Shown here one piece after another: positions 6,981 to 16,625 of a stretch of 24,441 nucleotides of DNA (positions are counted from its first letter, which is position 1; each line of letters begins with the position of its first letter). The translations under genes were made by a program, and so were the position numbers. The notes beneath the pieces were generated by a model, which searched no databases, had not been told where the DNA came from, and worked only from the letters and a program-made list of their open reading frames with translations. The DNA is from Armatimonadota bacterium (GTDB lineage: Bacteria > Armatimonadota > Zipacnadia > Zipacnadales > UBA5352): positions 1 to 24,441 of the forward strand of contig JAYENL010000191.1 in the NCBI GenBank assembly GCA_034722055.1, in the 5' to 3' direction.

Positions 6981-9824
6981 TCAGCCCCCGATCTGAACCA
7001 CATCGCCATCGCCGGTGACGGGCAGCTCCTGCCCGCTCGCCATGACACGCTCAACCGGCTCAGCCAGGCGAAGCCGGAGGCGGATCGCGCCGGGATGGAC
7101 GGCCGGCGCGTGCGGCTGCAGACTCCGCTGCATCCGCAGGTGGGCGACACCAGGCTCATCCCCGCGCCAGACCGCGACGGTGACCGGCTCGTCCATCCCC
7201 GCCTGCAGGACCGCTTCGCCGTCGATGGTCAGCGACGTGCCACGCTGCAGGTAGACCCACCGCGCCCGGTCGCCCTCCCGGCAGATCGCCGCGAAGGCGC
7301 CATCGTGCTCGATGCTGCTCTCCCCCACGGCCACTGGCTCGCCTGCGGTTACCAGCACGTACTGGCGGTCGCCGACGGTGGCGGTAATGCCGCGCCCGCC
7401 CCCGTCGAGGGGTGCCACGTCGCGGATCGGCGGGCGCGAGACGGTGTCCCACGTCACGTCGGCCTCGATCTCCGCGTCATCCCACCACCCGACGCCGTCG
7501 CCGCGGAAGTAGAGGCCGATGTCGATGGCCACCGTCCCCTCCGGCGCCACAGTCTCCACCTCCATCCTCCGCCAGTCCTCGGGGGCCACCGTGTCGGTGC
7601 TCACCACCTCGAAGGCGTCGCCGGAGGTGTCCCAGAAGTGGATCGCCAGGCGGCCGCCACCCTCCGTGACGCCCTCGGTCCTCAGCCACGCGCTGGCGGC
7701 GACCGTGGTGCCGGGATCGAGAGGCAGGCGCGGCCCGTAGTAGTAGCCGCTGCCGTCGATGCGGCCGGAGGCGTTCCCGGAGCGGAAGACCTCCTCGTCG
7801 ATGACGTGGTTGGGCAAATCCTCGTTGGCGCGCGGGCGCCACCCCACCATGCCGTGCTCGAAGCCCGCGTTCTGCACCAGCCCGCCCTCCTCGCTGACGC
7901 TGGGGTACATCAGCGTCACGATGCGGGCCTGAGTCGCCGGCGGGGTTCTGGCCCGCAGGAACTCGCCGTAGCGCTCCGCGCCGGGATAGGTCATGGCCTC
8001 GCTCTCCAGGCCCTCTGGGCTGAACAGGAAGCACTGCAGGCTCCCCCGCAGGCCCCTGATCTGCCAGGCGTTCTCGGCGACATGCTCGATGACGCTGCTG
8101 GTGGCCGCCTGCAGCGTGATGTTGTAGGTGTGCTGCTGCGGCGCGCGGATATCGTCCACCATCACGTAGAGGTCGGGCTTGAAGTAGAGGATCTCTCGCG
8201 CGAAGCTGTCGAGCACGTGCAGGTCGTCGGTGTTGTAGGTCTCGGCGGCCTGGCCCCGCACGTAGTCGAGCACCTCGGAGGAGAAGAACTCCTCGATGCG
8301 GGCGCCTGCCCGGCTCACCTGATCGTGGCCGGGGCTGGGATGCGTGGTGTCGTGGAGGTAGCCGTCATCGATGTCCATGACCATGGTGGAGTGGCCCGTC
8401 GAGCCCTGCGTGAACTTGGTGGCGGGGGGATCGTGGCGGGCGCGGTAGCCGCGGTCGGAGATCAGCCACTCCCCGAGGAAGCTGAGCACGATGGCGTTGG
8501 AGTCGAAGTGCGCGTGGCCCACGGAGGTGCTCGGCGGCCCCGACTTCATGCACAGATAGGGCGTGTGCGGCTCATAACCGGCCTTCAGCGAGACCAGCCC
8601 CACGTCCACCAGCGCCCGCGAGGGGTTGAACGTCGGCTGTTCCGGATCCAGGGCATCGGGATCGAAGCGGATGAACTGGTGGATGGTCTCCGGGCGCAGG
8701 AAGCCGATCTGCTGCAGGTACCAGGCCGCCGCCTGGCTCCCGTTGTTGGCCAGCACGGACATGGTCTCGGGGTAGCAGCGGCCGGGACTCCCATCCCCGA
8801 AGCAGGGCATCTCCCTGCTGTCGGGCGCCATCTGCGAGATGACGTACTCCTCCATCGTCGCCAGGAAGGGATGCTGCAGCAGGTCGGTCTCCACGCCCGC
8901 AGCCGTCACGGCGTCAAAGATGTGCGCCAGGTTGTCCAGCAGGTATGTCCCGTACATGGGCCCCTCGAAGAGTCCGCCGTCCTCGCCGGAGAGGTCCAGC
9001 GAGGTGCGCGTGAACTCGATGGCTCTCTGCAGGTAGAGCCCGCCGCGGGGATCCTCCGGGCGGATGGCCAGCCCCGCCACCCCCAGCCCGCTGGTGAGCA
9101 CCGCATAGCCGTTGGTCTCCGGCGGGTAGCCGCCGATGCCCTCCAGGATCTTCTCGCAGCCCTTCTCCGCGATGGCCTCCCTGACTCGGGCGCGCTCCTC
9201 GTCCGTCAGCGTGTCGAAGCACCAGTCGTAGAAGAGGCCCATGCACTTGGTGATGTGCCCGGTGTCCAGGCAGGCGATGCCCCGGCCGTAGTCCGGGTCA
9301 CTCCACCACTGCCAGTTGACCAGATGCATGGCGATCTGTCTGGCGCGCTCGGCGTAGCGCCGCTCCCCGGTCACCAGGTAGGCGAATGAGAGGCTCTTGA
9401 GCCGCACGGTGATGGCGTCGTCGCGCTGCTCCTGGGTCATGGCGGTCCAGGGCGGGTAGTTGATGCCCTCATGCCGCGGCGGCGCCTGGTCGCTGAGGGT
9501 GTACTCCCAGACGACCGGCTCCTTCGCGGGATCGCGCTGGATGTTCACGCTGTAGTGGTAGGGCTCAGCCTCCAGGAAGCGGTCGGCGTCCGCGAGCAGC
9601 TCCGCCCACACGTCGGCGGTGGCGAAGCCGAACCGGTTCGGCTCGGTCTCGGCGGCCTTCGCCCGGAGCGCCTGAACCATCTCGGGGTTGACCAGCGCGC
9701 AGGGATGCTCCCGCAGGCCGGTCATGTTGCCCTCATCGGCGGGCGTCGGCGCCTGCATCACAATCGCCACTCCCAGGGTCGCGACGAGCGTTGCCAGCAT
9801 GAGCGACAGGCGGGTGCGTCGCAT
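6981..9824 (-). CDS. Heparinase II/III-family (oligo)saccharide lyase-like protein with an alpha-toroid N-domain and a CBM4/9-like insert, secreted
   Basis: Signal peptide. RBS AAAGGAG (9834-9840). LSFAYLVTGERRYA, YDWC.D.LT.EER, DGGLFEGPMYG.Y, FGDG, GHAHFDSN, DRGY and GHSTMVMD match the Hepar_II_III pattern. LVQNAGFE.G..GW...WWDDAEI is a CBM4/9-like domain. Confidence 0.85.
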   Translation of the reverse strand: MRRTRLSLMLATLVATLGVAIVMQAPTPADEGNMTGLREHPCALVNPEMVQALRAKAAETEPNRFGFATADVWAELLADADRFLEAEPYHYSVNIQRDPAKEPVVWEYTLSDQAPPRHEGINYPPWTAMTQEQRDDAITVRLKSLSFAYLVTGERRYAERARQIAMHLVNWQWWSDPDYGRGIACLDTGHITKCMGLFYDWCFDTLTDEERARVREAIAEKGCEKILEGIGGYPPETNGYAVLTSGLGVAGLAIRPEDPRGGLYLQRAIEFTRTSLDLSGEDGGLFEGPMYGTYLLDNLAHIFDAVTAAGVETDLLQHPFLATMEEYVISQMAPDSREMPCFGDGSPGRCYPETMSVLANNGSQAAAWYLQQIGFLRPETIHQFIRFDPDALDPEQPTFNPSRALVDVGLVSLKAGYEPHTPYLCMKSGPPSTSVGHAHFDSNAIVLSFLGEWLISDRGYRARHDPPATKFTQGSTGHSTMVMDIDDGYLHDTTHPSPGHDQVSRAGARIEEFFSSEVLDYVRGQAAETYNTDDLHVLDSFAREILYFKPDLYVMVDDIRAPQQHTYNITLQAATSSVIEHVAENAWQIRGLRGSLQCFLFSPEGLESEAMTYPGAERYGEFLRARTPPATQARIVTLMYPSVSEEGGLVQNAGFEHGMVGWRPRANEDLPNHVIDEEVFRSGNASGRIDGSGYYYGPRLPLDPGTTVAASAWLRTEGVTEGGGRLAIHFWDTSGDAFEVVSTDTVAPEDWRRMEVETVAPEGTVAIDIGLYFRGDGVGWWDDAEIEADVTWDTVSRPPIRDVAPLDGGGRGITATVGDRQYVLVTAGEPVAVGESSIEHDGAFAAICREGDRARWVYLQRGTSLTIDGEAVLQAGMDEPVTVAVWRGDEPGVAHLRMQRSLQPHAPAVHPGAIRLRLRLAEPVERVMASGQELPVTGDGDVVQIGG

Positions 9825-9844
9825 CGAATCATGCTCCTTTGCAG

Positions 9845-12800
9845 TCAGTCACCAGCGACCGGTCGCAGCACGAGACTGTGCCAGCCGATGTAGTAGTCCT
9901 CCGAATCCTCATTCTTTCCGACGATCGTCAGACGCACCCGGTGCCGGCCGGCGTCGAGTCGCATCCTCCCCAGGCGCGCCGTGATCCCGGCCACGTCCAG
10001 GTCCCCGCGGAAGGCGTCCACCAACTCGCCCAGATCCTGGCCGTCGATGCTCACCCGGTAGGTCCCGTAGGACTGGTAGCCCGTCGCCACCAGCGTGACC
10101 TCGTAGGTGGCGCTCTCAGGCGCCTCGAAGGCGTACTCCACCCACTCGCCCGGCTTCTGCGAGCGGTAGAACTGCGTGTCCAGGCCGCCGAGCGGCTTGC
10201 TCAGCCTCCCCGAGTCCGCCACCACCGCCAGCTCGGTGGCCCTCAGCACGTGCCCTCGGGTGTTGAAGCGCACCACCGCCTCCCCGCCGTTGGTCGCGCG
10301 GTCGCAGAAGCGAAGCCGGAGCGTGTACTGCGCGGGAGGCAGCTCTCTGAGTCGCACTATCGCGCGAGCCGAACGCCCGCCGATGTCGCGCGGGTAGAGG
10401 CCGGCGTCGATCGCCGCGCCGGAAGCGCCTGTCAGCCGCGCATCGAAGGCAGCAGTGGAGATGGCATTCGCGGCGTCCTCCAGCTCCACCGCGATGACGC
10501 GCGGCTCCTGGACGTAGCCCAGATCGACCTTCGCACCGCGCGCCAGCACCTCGCCGTCCACCCGGACGGCGCCGACTGCCGGCGGGTCCCTATCGCTGAG
10601 GTCGATCTCGCCATCCGTGATCAGCAGCACCGCCGCGCCGCCCCCCAGGACATCAGGGTCGATCCGCACGCGCACGCCGCCGTCGGTGGTCTCGTGCGCC
10701 AGCCGCTGCCAGCCCGCCAAGGTGCGCAGCATTACCTCGGAGGTGACATCGGCGGGCCTGGGCAGCGCCGCCTCCAGGGGGCAGTCCGCGCGCACCTTCC
10801 AGGTGCCGTCATCAAGCCGATGGGCCTCGACGATGGAGGAGATGGCGAAGGTATCGCCGACCTCGACGCGCATGATCGGCTCCCGCGCCAGATGCACCAC
10901 GGATCCGACCCCGGCTCGCTCCACGCTGGCGATCTCGTAGGCGCCATCCACGCGCCCCCGGACGAGAAGCTGCTGCCCGCGCAGCGCGTCGCCCCCGGGC
11001 AGCTCGGCGGCGGTCCTAATGGTGTCGGCCTCATCGTCGAAGGCCGCGATCTCCCCGGACATTGGTCCGGGGCACGTCAACGCCAGGTCGCCCAGCCGCA
11101 GCTCCGTGCCGTCCACCAGCCGGGCGAAGGCCGGCCCCGTCTCACGCATCGACACGACCGCCTCCCGGCCGCTGAATCTCAGGCCCTCCGGCACCTCGCA
11201 GTGTGTCTCCCCGGTCGCGGCGTCATCGTCGGCCACGAAGACGTAGTCCGTGGCCCCATCGCGCTGCACCCGCACCCCGACCGCGCCATCAGGCGAGCAC
11301 GCCACGCGCTCGATGCTCGCCAGCCGCGGCCGGCCCTGCACGGCCTCAGCCACCGAGACGAAGGTCGGCTCCGAGCCCGGCTGCTCCCAGAGGACCACGT
11401 GCAGCGTGCGATCCGCCCAGGGTGTGCGCCGGTTGCGCAGGCCCGGCGCGGTGATGTGATAAGCCGCCGCGGGGTCATCGAGCACGGTCAGCCGCACACC
11501 CAGCTCGTCCTCGGGCTCGATGCGCCAGGTGGCCGAGAAGGCGCCGGGGGACGCGGCCCGCTCGCAGGTGCGGATCCAGTCCCCGCCCTCTGCCGCCTCG
11601 GTGATGAACTCGCCGTCATACGGAGCGAAGCGGGCGCCGCTGGCGAAGGTCTCGCCGTCACCGTGGAAGGCCATTAGGCTCCGCTCCCCGCCGCGGACGC
11701 GGAAGACGTCCACCACGTAGGGCGCGTCGCCGGGAGGCGCGATCATGCTCAGCGTGCGCTCGTAGACGTTCGCCTGCTCGAAGGCCTCGGGGGCCTTGGC
11801 GCGGAGGCTCTGGGCCAGCTCGCCGGGGGCGAAGGACAGCAGCTCGCCGGCGACCCTGCGCTGCGCGTCGCCGTCCACGAGCACCTCGTTGTGTGCGGCG
11901 CACGCCCGCAGCCAGGGCATGAGGTGATGCCGGGCGCCAAGATAGCCCAGGTCGGTGACCAGCTCCGTCTCGTGGGCGTAGAACAGGTAGGTGAGCTTGT
12001 CGGGATGCGCGTGTCCGCGGATGGGGCCGTAGTCCAGCACCGTCATGGCCTCGTCGGGGCCTTCGCCCGCGCGCAGGATCGCCCAGCCCAGCCCCGGCCG
12101 CACCAGGCTGCCGGTGGCGAGGTCCAGCGGCTCCAGGCCCTCGAAGTCCAGCTCCGGATCGCGGCGGAAGAGGGCGTACTCCGTCCCGTGGCTGTCCGGA
12201 TCGCCGCCATAGGTGTGCTTGAGGATGCGCAGGTTGCGCTCCGTCGGGAACCAGAAGTAGTTCTCCTCCGCGTGGCGAGCGCTGTGCGTGGCCCCCTGCA
12301 CGGAGTCATTGATGGGCGGCGAGTTGCCGTCCGGCGCGGTGACGTGCTCCCCGGCGATGAGCACCTTGCGCATCAGCGGGTGGCCCAGCAGGTCGAGGCT
12401 CTCGTAGCGGTCGCTGCCCTCATAGGACGGCGGGTCACAGTAGCCTTGCAGGATCTCGGGCAGGACGTAGAACTTCCCCAGCGCCATCCCCTCGTAGGAC
12501 GGCGAGCCGTCCTCCCAGTGCCCGTCGCGCCAGAAGTTCTCCTCGATGAAGCCGAAGAAGCCGTCCGGCGGCTCCACGGCCCACGCCACGTAGTCGTGCT
12601 GGCCCAGCAGCTTGCCGATGTAGCCGCCCGCGGTCATCAGGAAGGGCCCGTCGTTGACGCAGCAGCCCCGCGGGGAGGTCGTGGTCAGCAGCCGCCCGCC
12701 CTCCCGGAAGACGCCCTCCTCGATGATCGACCGGTCCTCATCCGAGTACACGTCGCTCTCGACCGTCAGATCGTAGGCCAGGCACAGCTCGATGAGCGTG

Positions 12801-13996
12801 TTGGCGTCGTGCAGCTTCCACCCCGACATCTTCCCGGACTGCAGGTTGTAGTAGTCGCGGTAGATGCGGTACCAGTCGTGGGCGATGTAGCCGGGGTAGA
12901 CCTCTGCGAGCCGCAGCAGCACCTTGCGGATGCGCTCAGCGTAGGCGGCGTCGCCGGTGAGGGCGTAGGCGCGGCCGAGGTTCCCCAGGCTGCCCAGCTT
13001 GCTGATGCGCCCGTAGCGGCGCAGGCCCGCCAGGCGGTACTTCTTGCCATCCTCGTCCTCATAGAACGTGATAGTCTCCCACTCGTCGATGGGATTGACA
13101 TGCTGCTCGGTGCCGGTTTCGGGGTAGTCCTCGTTGGGATAGATCGTCCCGCAACGCTTGCACTCCGTGCGGCCGTCGTCAAGGAACCGCCACGGGCTCA
13201 CGCCCCATGTCGCGCCGCAGTGAGGGCAGTCGCAGACCCGGAACGGAGTGCCCTCCGGAATCCACTCCGCGATCTCGCTCTCCGGCAGCTCCATCCACCA
13301 CTGTGCGGCGTTGATAATGCTCTGAAGCTGCTTCCGGGCCCACTCATGGCGCTCGATGTTGCGCTTGGCCCGCTGGATGTCGGGCTCGCGGTAGAGGCCG
13401 ACGGGGTGGTCCACCTCTGCCGGGGGCTTCGGGGTGCGGTCATACTGCACGGGGATGCCCCTCCCGATGACGATGTCGTCGAAGTAGCCCTCCGTGACGC
13501 CTCCGGACCAGCTATAGGTGAGGGCGGTCACCGCCACGGCGTCCTCCGGCGCGATCATGTGGCCGATGCACCGATTCCACTCCCCGCGGCCGTGGCAGGC
13601 GAAGCTGCCCACCCCGTCCTCGATTCGCTCGCCGTCGGCGTCCCAGAACTCCATGTACAGCGAAGCGGACCTGCCCCTCTCCGCCAGCCACCACCCCATG
13701 ACGTAGTAGGACTCCCCCGGCTCAGCGGGGACCTCCGGGCTGCGCAGGCCCACGCCGATCTCCTCGCTGGGATCACTCAGCCACAGGGACCGCTCGCCCT
13801 CGCGCGCGTGGGTATCGCGCACCTCCATCAGCTCCGGCGTTTCGCCGAACACGCTCCAGCCCTCGGGCAAGCCGTCCTCCCCGGGCTCCTCGAAGCTCTC
13901 CTCCAGCAGCGGCTCGACCTCCGGCCCTCTCTGCGCCCGGGCGGCACTGACGGTCAGCAGGCCGGCCGCCAGCAGCACCATTCGCATGGGTGTCAT
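9845..13996 (-). CDS. Large heparinase II/III-family lyase-like protein: CBM4/9-like + alginate-lyase-like toroid with Cys cluster + Hepar_II_III + C-terminal CBM6/35-like domain, secreted
   Basis: GGAGG lies 8 nt before the ATG at 13996 (the ORF-track start 14044 is likely too long). Signal MTPMRMVLLAAGLLTVSAARA. SFEEPG..GLPEGW, LGRAYALTGD..YA, DGHWEDGSPSY, GHAHPDKL, DLGY, AHNEVLVDG. C-terminal PGEWVEYAF...LDAGRHRVRL. Confidence 0.85.
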   Translation of the reverse strand: MTPMRMVLLAAGLLTVSAARAQRGPEVEPLLEESFEEPGEDGLPEGWSVFGETPELMEVRDTHAREGERSLWLSDPSEEIGVGLRSPEVPAEPGESYYVMGWWLAERGRSASLYMEFWDADGERIEDGVGSFACHGRGEWNRCIGHMIAPEDAVAVTALTYSWSGGVTEGYFDDIVIGRGIPVQYDRTPKPPAEVDHPVGLYREPDIQRAKRNIERHEWARKQLQSIINAAQWWMELPESEIAEWIPEGTPFRVCDCPHCGATWGVSPWRFLDDGRTECKRCGTIYPNEDYPETGTEQHVNPIDEWETITFYEDEDGKKYRLAGLRRYGRISKLGSLGNLGRAYALTGDAAYAERIRKVLLRLAEVYPGYIAHDWYRIYRDYYNLQSGKMSGWKLHDANTLIELCLAYDLTVESDVYSDEDRSIIEEGVFREGGRLLTTTSPRGCCVNDGPFLMTAGGYIGKLLGQHDYVAWAVEPPDGFFGFIEENFWRDGHWEDGSPSYEGMALGKFYVLPEILQGYCDPPSYEGSDRYESLDLLGHPLMRKVLIAGEHVTAPDGNSPPINDSVQGATHSARHAEENYFWFPTERNLRILKHTYGGDPDSHGTEYALFRRDPELDFEGLEPLDLATGSLVRPGLGWAILRAGEGPDEAMTVLDYGPIRGHAHPDKLTYLFYAHETELVTDLGYLGARHHLMPWLRACAAHNEVLVDGDAQRRVAGELLSFAPGELAQSLRAKAPEAFEQANVYERTLSMIAPPGDAPYVVDVFRVRGGERSLMAFHGDGETFASGARFAPYDGEFITEAAEGGDWIRTCERAASPGAFSATWRIEPEDELGVRLTVLDDPAAAYHITAPGLRNRRTPWADRTLHVVLWEQPGSEPTFVSVAEAVQGRPRLASIERVACSPDGAVGVRVQRDGATDYVFVADDDAATGETHCEVPEGLRFSGREAVVSMRETGPAFARLVDGTELRLGDLALTCPGPMSGEIAAFDDEADTIRTAAELPGGDALRGQQLLVRGRVDGAYEIASVERAGVGSVVHLAREPIMRVEVGDTFAISSIVEAHRLDDGTWKVRADCPLEAALPRPADVTSEVMLRTLAGWQRLAHETTDGGVRVRIDPDVLGGGAAVLLITDGEIDLSDRDPPAVGAVRVDGEVLARGAKVDLGYVQEPRVIAVELEDAANAISTAAFDARLTGASGAAIDAGLYPRDIGGRSARAIVRLRELPPAQYTLRLRFCDRATNGGEAVVRFNTRGHVLRATELAVVADSGRLSKPLGGLDTQFYRSQKPGEWVEYAFEAPESATYEVTLVATGYQSYGTYRVSIDGQDLGELVDAFRGDLDVAGITARLGRMRLDAGRHRVRLTIVGKNEDSEDYYIGWHSLVLRPVAGD

Positions 13997-14066
13997 CTCG
14001 ACCGCCTCCAGCCTCTCAGCTCCGTGCGCCGTGATCAGGAGCAAATGAGGCAGTGTGAGGACAGAA

Positions 14067-14143
14067 CTTCGCCGCGACCACCGCGCGGGCCTCTCCGACG
14101 TCGTGCCGGCCGCGAGCAGGGACGGACCCGCCCCGCCGCGAAC
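14067..14143. promoter_or_regulatory. Divergent promoter region with back-to-back AGG-N-GAA motifs
   Basis: Minus strand 14094-14067 AGAGGC-N18-GAAG and plus strand 14116-14143 GCAGGG-N18-GAAC. Each points to one of the divergent two-gene units. Confidence 0.3.
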
Positions 14144-14197
14144 TCACTGACGTTCAGCAACATGCCCGATACCTCAGCCCGAAGGGCGGTTCGCAGC

Positions 14198-16600
14198 ATG
14201 AGGGCCCTGTACGCCATCGCTCTGGTGTCGCTCGTCGCCGCGTCTGCGCACGCGGCCACGCTTCCGGCCGCGGCTCGCGGCGCCAAGACGCTTCTCATCC
14301 AGGCCGAGGCCGGTCCGCTGCACCTGAAGATCCTCAAGAAGGACCTCAACATCTACGAGGGCGAGGACAGGCTCATCGCCGACGTCTTCGGCCCGCTGCG
14401 CCGGTCACTGGCGCATATCGAGATACCCGATGACGGCAACGCCGGCGAGGGCGGCGGGCCCGAGGAGTACCAGGTGGCCGAGACAACCGTGCAGTGCCCC
14501 ACGGCCGGGGTCTACAGGCTGCAGATCCGCGGCTCCGGCGATATGGTCTACGGCGTGGAGATGAGCGCCGAGAAGTACGTGGTAAGCGGCGAGATCTTCT
14601 TCAGCCACGGCGGCGTCGGCGGCTCCATCTACTTCCAGCCGCCGGACGGCGAGTTCACCATCACCGGACAGGCCAAGCACCAGCCCGGCGTGCAGATCGT
14701 GCCGCTGCTCGACGCAAGGGGCAACACCATCGCCGAGATGGACCTTCCCTCCACCGACGAGGCGGTCACGGTAGAGTTCGAGGCCGGCGAGCGGGAGGGC
14801 CTGTGGGAGCTGCAGGTGCAGTCCCTGGACGTGACCTTCGAGATCTCCGGGGTGGAGTACTGGACGGCGGACGCCGACGCCTGGTTCGAGGGCGGCAAGA
14901 CCAAGTGGATGCTGATGCCCTACCGCACCACCCGTTACCTGCAGCCCGGCGAGGAGACCGTGGTGGACTTCACGTTGCGCAACAGCACGGGCGCGCGGGA
15001 GAGTTTCGACGTGCGCGCCGAGACCGATCCAGGCCTGCAGGCGACTGTCGTGCATCCGGACCTGCCCGTGGCGCTGAAGTCCGAGGAGGCAACGCGCGTC
15101 AGCCTGGCGCTGGCGGCGGATCAGGGCCTGGAGGCCGGCGCGGAGCGCCAGGCGGTGGTGATCGCCAGCGCCCTCGGCGACCCGCAGGTCATCACCAGCA
15201 GCCAGGTGCAGGTGCGCATCGGGAAGAGCCCGGTCTCGGAGCCGCTGCAGATGCCCATCGTCCTGGAGCCCTTCCGCCACGAGGACGTGCAGTTCGGCTA
15301 TGCGCCGGAGTACACTCGCAACGAGGTCTACTTCGGCCTCGACAACCGGCCATACATCCGTCAGCGGAGCGCCAGCTACTACGGCACGCGCGGCGTCTGG
15401 ACGCTCACCGACCAGAACGAGTGGGTGGAGCGGGGCTTCGAGGACGCCGTGCGCGAGGCCTATCCGGACTATCGCACCAGTCACGGCGGGGGCGGCTTCC
15501 AGGGCGCCAAGATCGCCTTCGACGGGCAGGGCGGCATCTACACGCAGTTGCGGCTGGTGCTGGAGGGCGGCGGCCGGCCGGTGGTGCTGCTGTTCTCGCC
15601 GGATCAGGGCCGGACCTGGCAGGTCCACGAGTTGCGCGGCAACGCCTATGACATCGAGCAGTTCACCGGCCACAACGCGCTGGACATCCCGCCGCCGATT
15701 CTGACCTATGAGACCACGGCGCCGCACCCGGCCCGCTTCTGTGCCCACAATGACCTGTGGCTTTACATGCCCACGCGGGTCGGCGACCGCCTGGAGGTCG
15801 GCCAGCCGGTGAAGGTGGCCGAGAACGTGGTGGGCTCCTGCCAGCACTCCGGCGGCCCGGCCTCAAGCGTCACGCGCGAGGGCAAGACCCACATCGTGTG
15901 GGGCGAGGTGGCGCCCGAGGATGCGCCCGGCGTGCCCACCTACGTGGCCACCTACGACCACGCCACCGGGGAGGTCGGCGACAAGGTCCTGCTGGGCCAC
16001 GGACCGCCGGTCAATGATGTGCACAACGTCCCCGCCATCACCATGGACAGCGAGGGCTACCTGCACGTGCTCATCGGCGCCCACGGCGAGCCCTTCCAGC
16101 ACGCGCAGTCGCTGCAGCCGGGCGACGCCTACGGCGGCTGGACCGAGGCTGAGCCGATTCTGACCACGGGCTACGTCACCGAGGAGGGTGAGACCGGCCG
16201 GCAGACCTACATCTCGCTGGTCTGCGACGCCGACGACACCCTGCACACCGCCTTCCGGCAGTGGCGTCGCGGCGTCGATGATTACCACGGTGGCAATCTG
16301 TACGCGGCCCTGTCAGTTCAGCACCGGCCGAAGGGCGGACAGTGGAGCGACGCCGAGCCCCTGGTCGTCGGGGCGGTGCCCGGCTACTCCATCTGGTATC
16401 ACAAGCTCACCGTTGACCGCCTCGGCGACCTGTGGCTGTCCTACAGCTACTGGACCAGCGATGAGACCTACCAGAGCCACTTCCCCGACCGCTACCACCA
16501 CCGGGCGGTGCTGGTCTCCCGCGACGGCGGCCGCACCTGGAAGCTGGCGCAGACGGAGGACTTCCTGCAAGGCATGCAGCTCTTTGCGCAGGCGCGGTAG
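14198..16600 (+). CDS. BNR_4 repeat (beta-propeller, lyase/sialidase-like) protein with N-terminal beta-sandwich and Ig-like domains, secreted
   Basis: Signal peptide MRALYAIALVSLVAASAHA at ATG 14198 (the ORF-track extension to 11891 is antisense to the lyase). Asp-boxes SPDQGRTW and SRDGGRTW. DVHNVPAITMDSEGYLHVLIGAHG and TY..L......LH..FR are typical of BNR_4. Confidence 0.8.
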   Translation: MRALYAIALVSLVAASAHAATLPAAARGAKTLLIQAEAGPLHLKILKKDLNIYEGEDRLIADVFGPLRRSLAHIEIPDDGNAGEGGGPEEYQVAETTVQCPTAGVYRLQIRGSGDMVYGVEMSAEKYVVSGEIFFSHGGVGGSIYFQPPDGEFTITGQAKHQPGVQIVPLLDARGNTIAEMDLPSTDEAVTVEFEAGEREGLWELQVQSLDVTFEISGVEYWTADADAWFEGGKTKWMLMPYRTTRYLQPGEETVVDFTLRNSTGARESFDVRAETDPGLQATVVHPDLPVALKSEEATRVSLALAADQGLEAGAERQAVVIASALGDPQVITSSQVQVRIGKSPVSEPLQMPIVLEPFRHEDVQFGYAPEYTRNEVYFGLDNRPYIRQRSASYYGTRGVWTLTDQNEWVERGFEDAVREAYPDYRTSHGGGGFQGAKIAFDGQGGIYTQLRLVLEGGGRPVVLLFSPDQGRTWQVHELRGNAYDIEQFTGHNALDIPPPILTYETTAPHPARFCAHNDLWLYMPTRVGDRLEVGQPVKVAENVVGSCQHSGGPASSVTREGKTHIVWGEVAPEDAPGVPTYVATYDHATGEVGDKVLLGHGPPVNDVHNVPAITMDSEGYLHVLIGAHGEPFQHAQSLQPGDAYGGWTEAEPILTTGYVTEEGETGRQTYISLVCDADDTLHTAFRQWRRGVDDYHGGNLYAALSVQHRPKGGQWSDAEPLVVGAVPGYSIWYHKLTVDRLGDLWLSYSYWTSDETYQSHFPDRYHHRAVLVSRDGGRTWKLAQTEDFLQGMQLFAQAR

Positions 16601-16625
16601 CCGACCAAAGCCGGGAGGAGATGCC

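Noticed and set aside
5664..9389. 1241-aa plus-strand ORF and similar long ORFs (9839-11677, 21339-23246, 4897-6426)
   Set aside because: These are shadow frames of real high-GC genes. They are Arg/Ala/Pro/His-rich with no recognisable motifs.
11891..14197. N-terminal extension of the 1569-aa ORF (likewise 16188-16625 of the 1684-aa ORF)
   Set aside because: The extensions overlap other real genes. Signal peptides begin at 14198 and 16626, the latter with a strong RBS.
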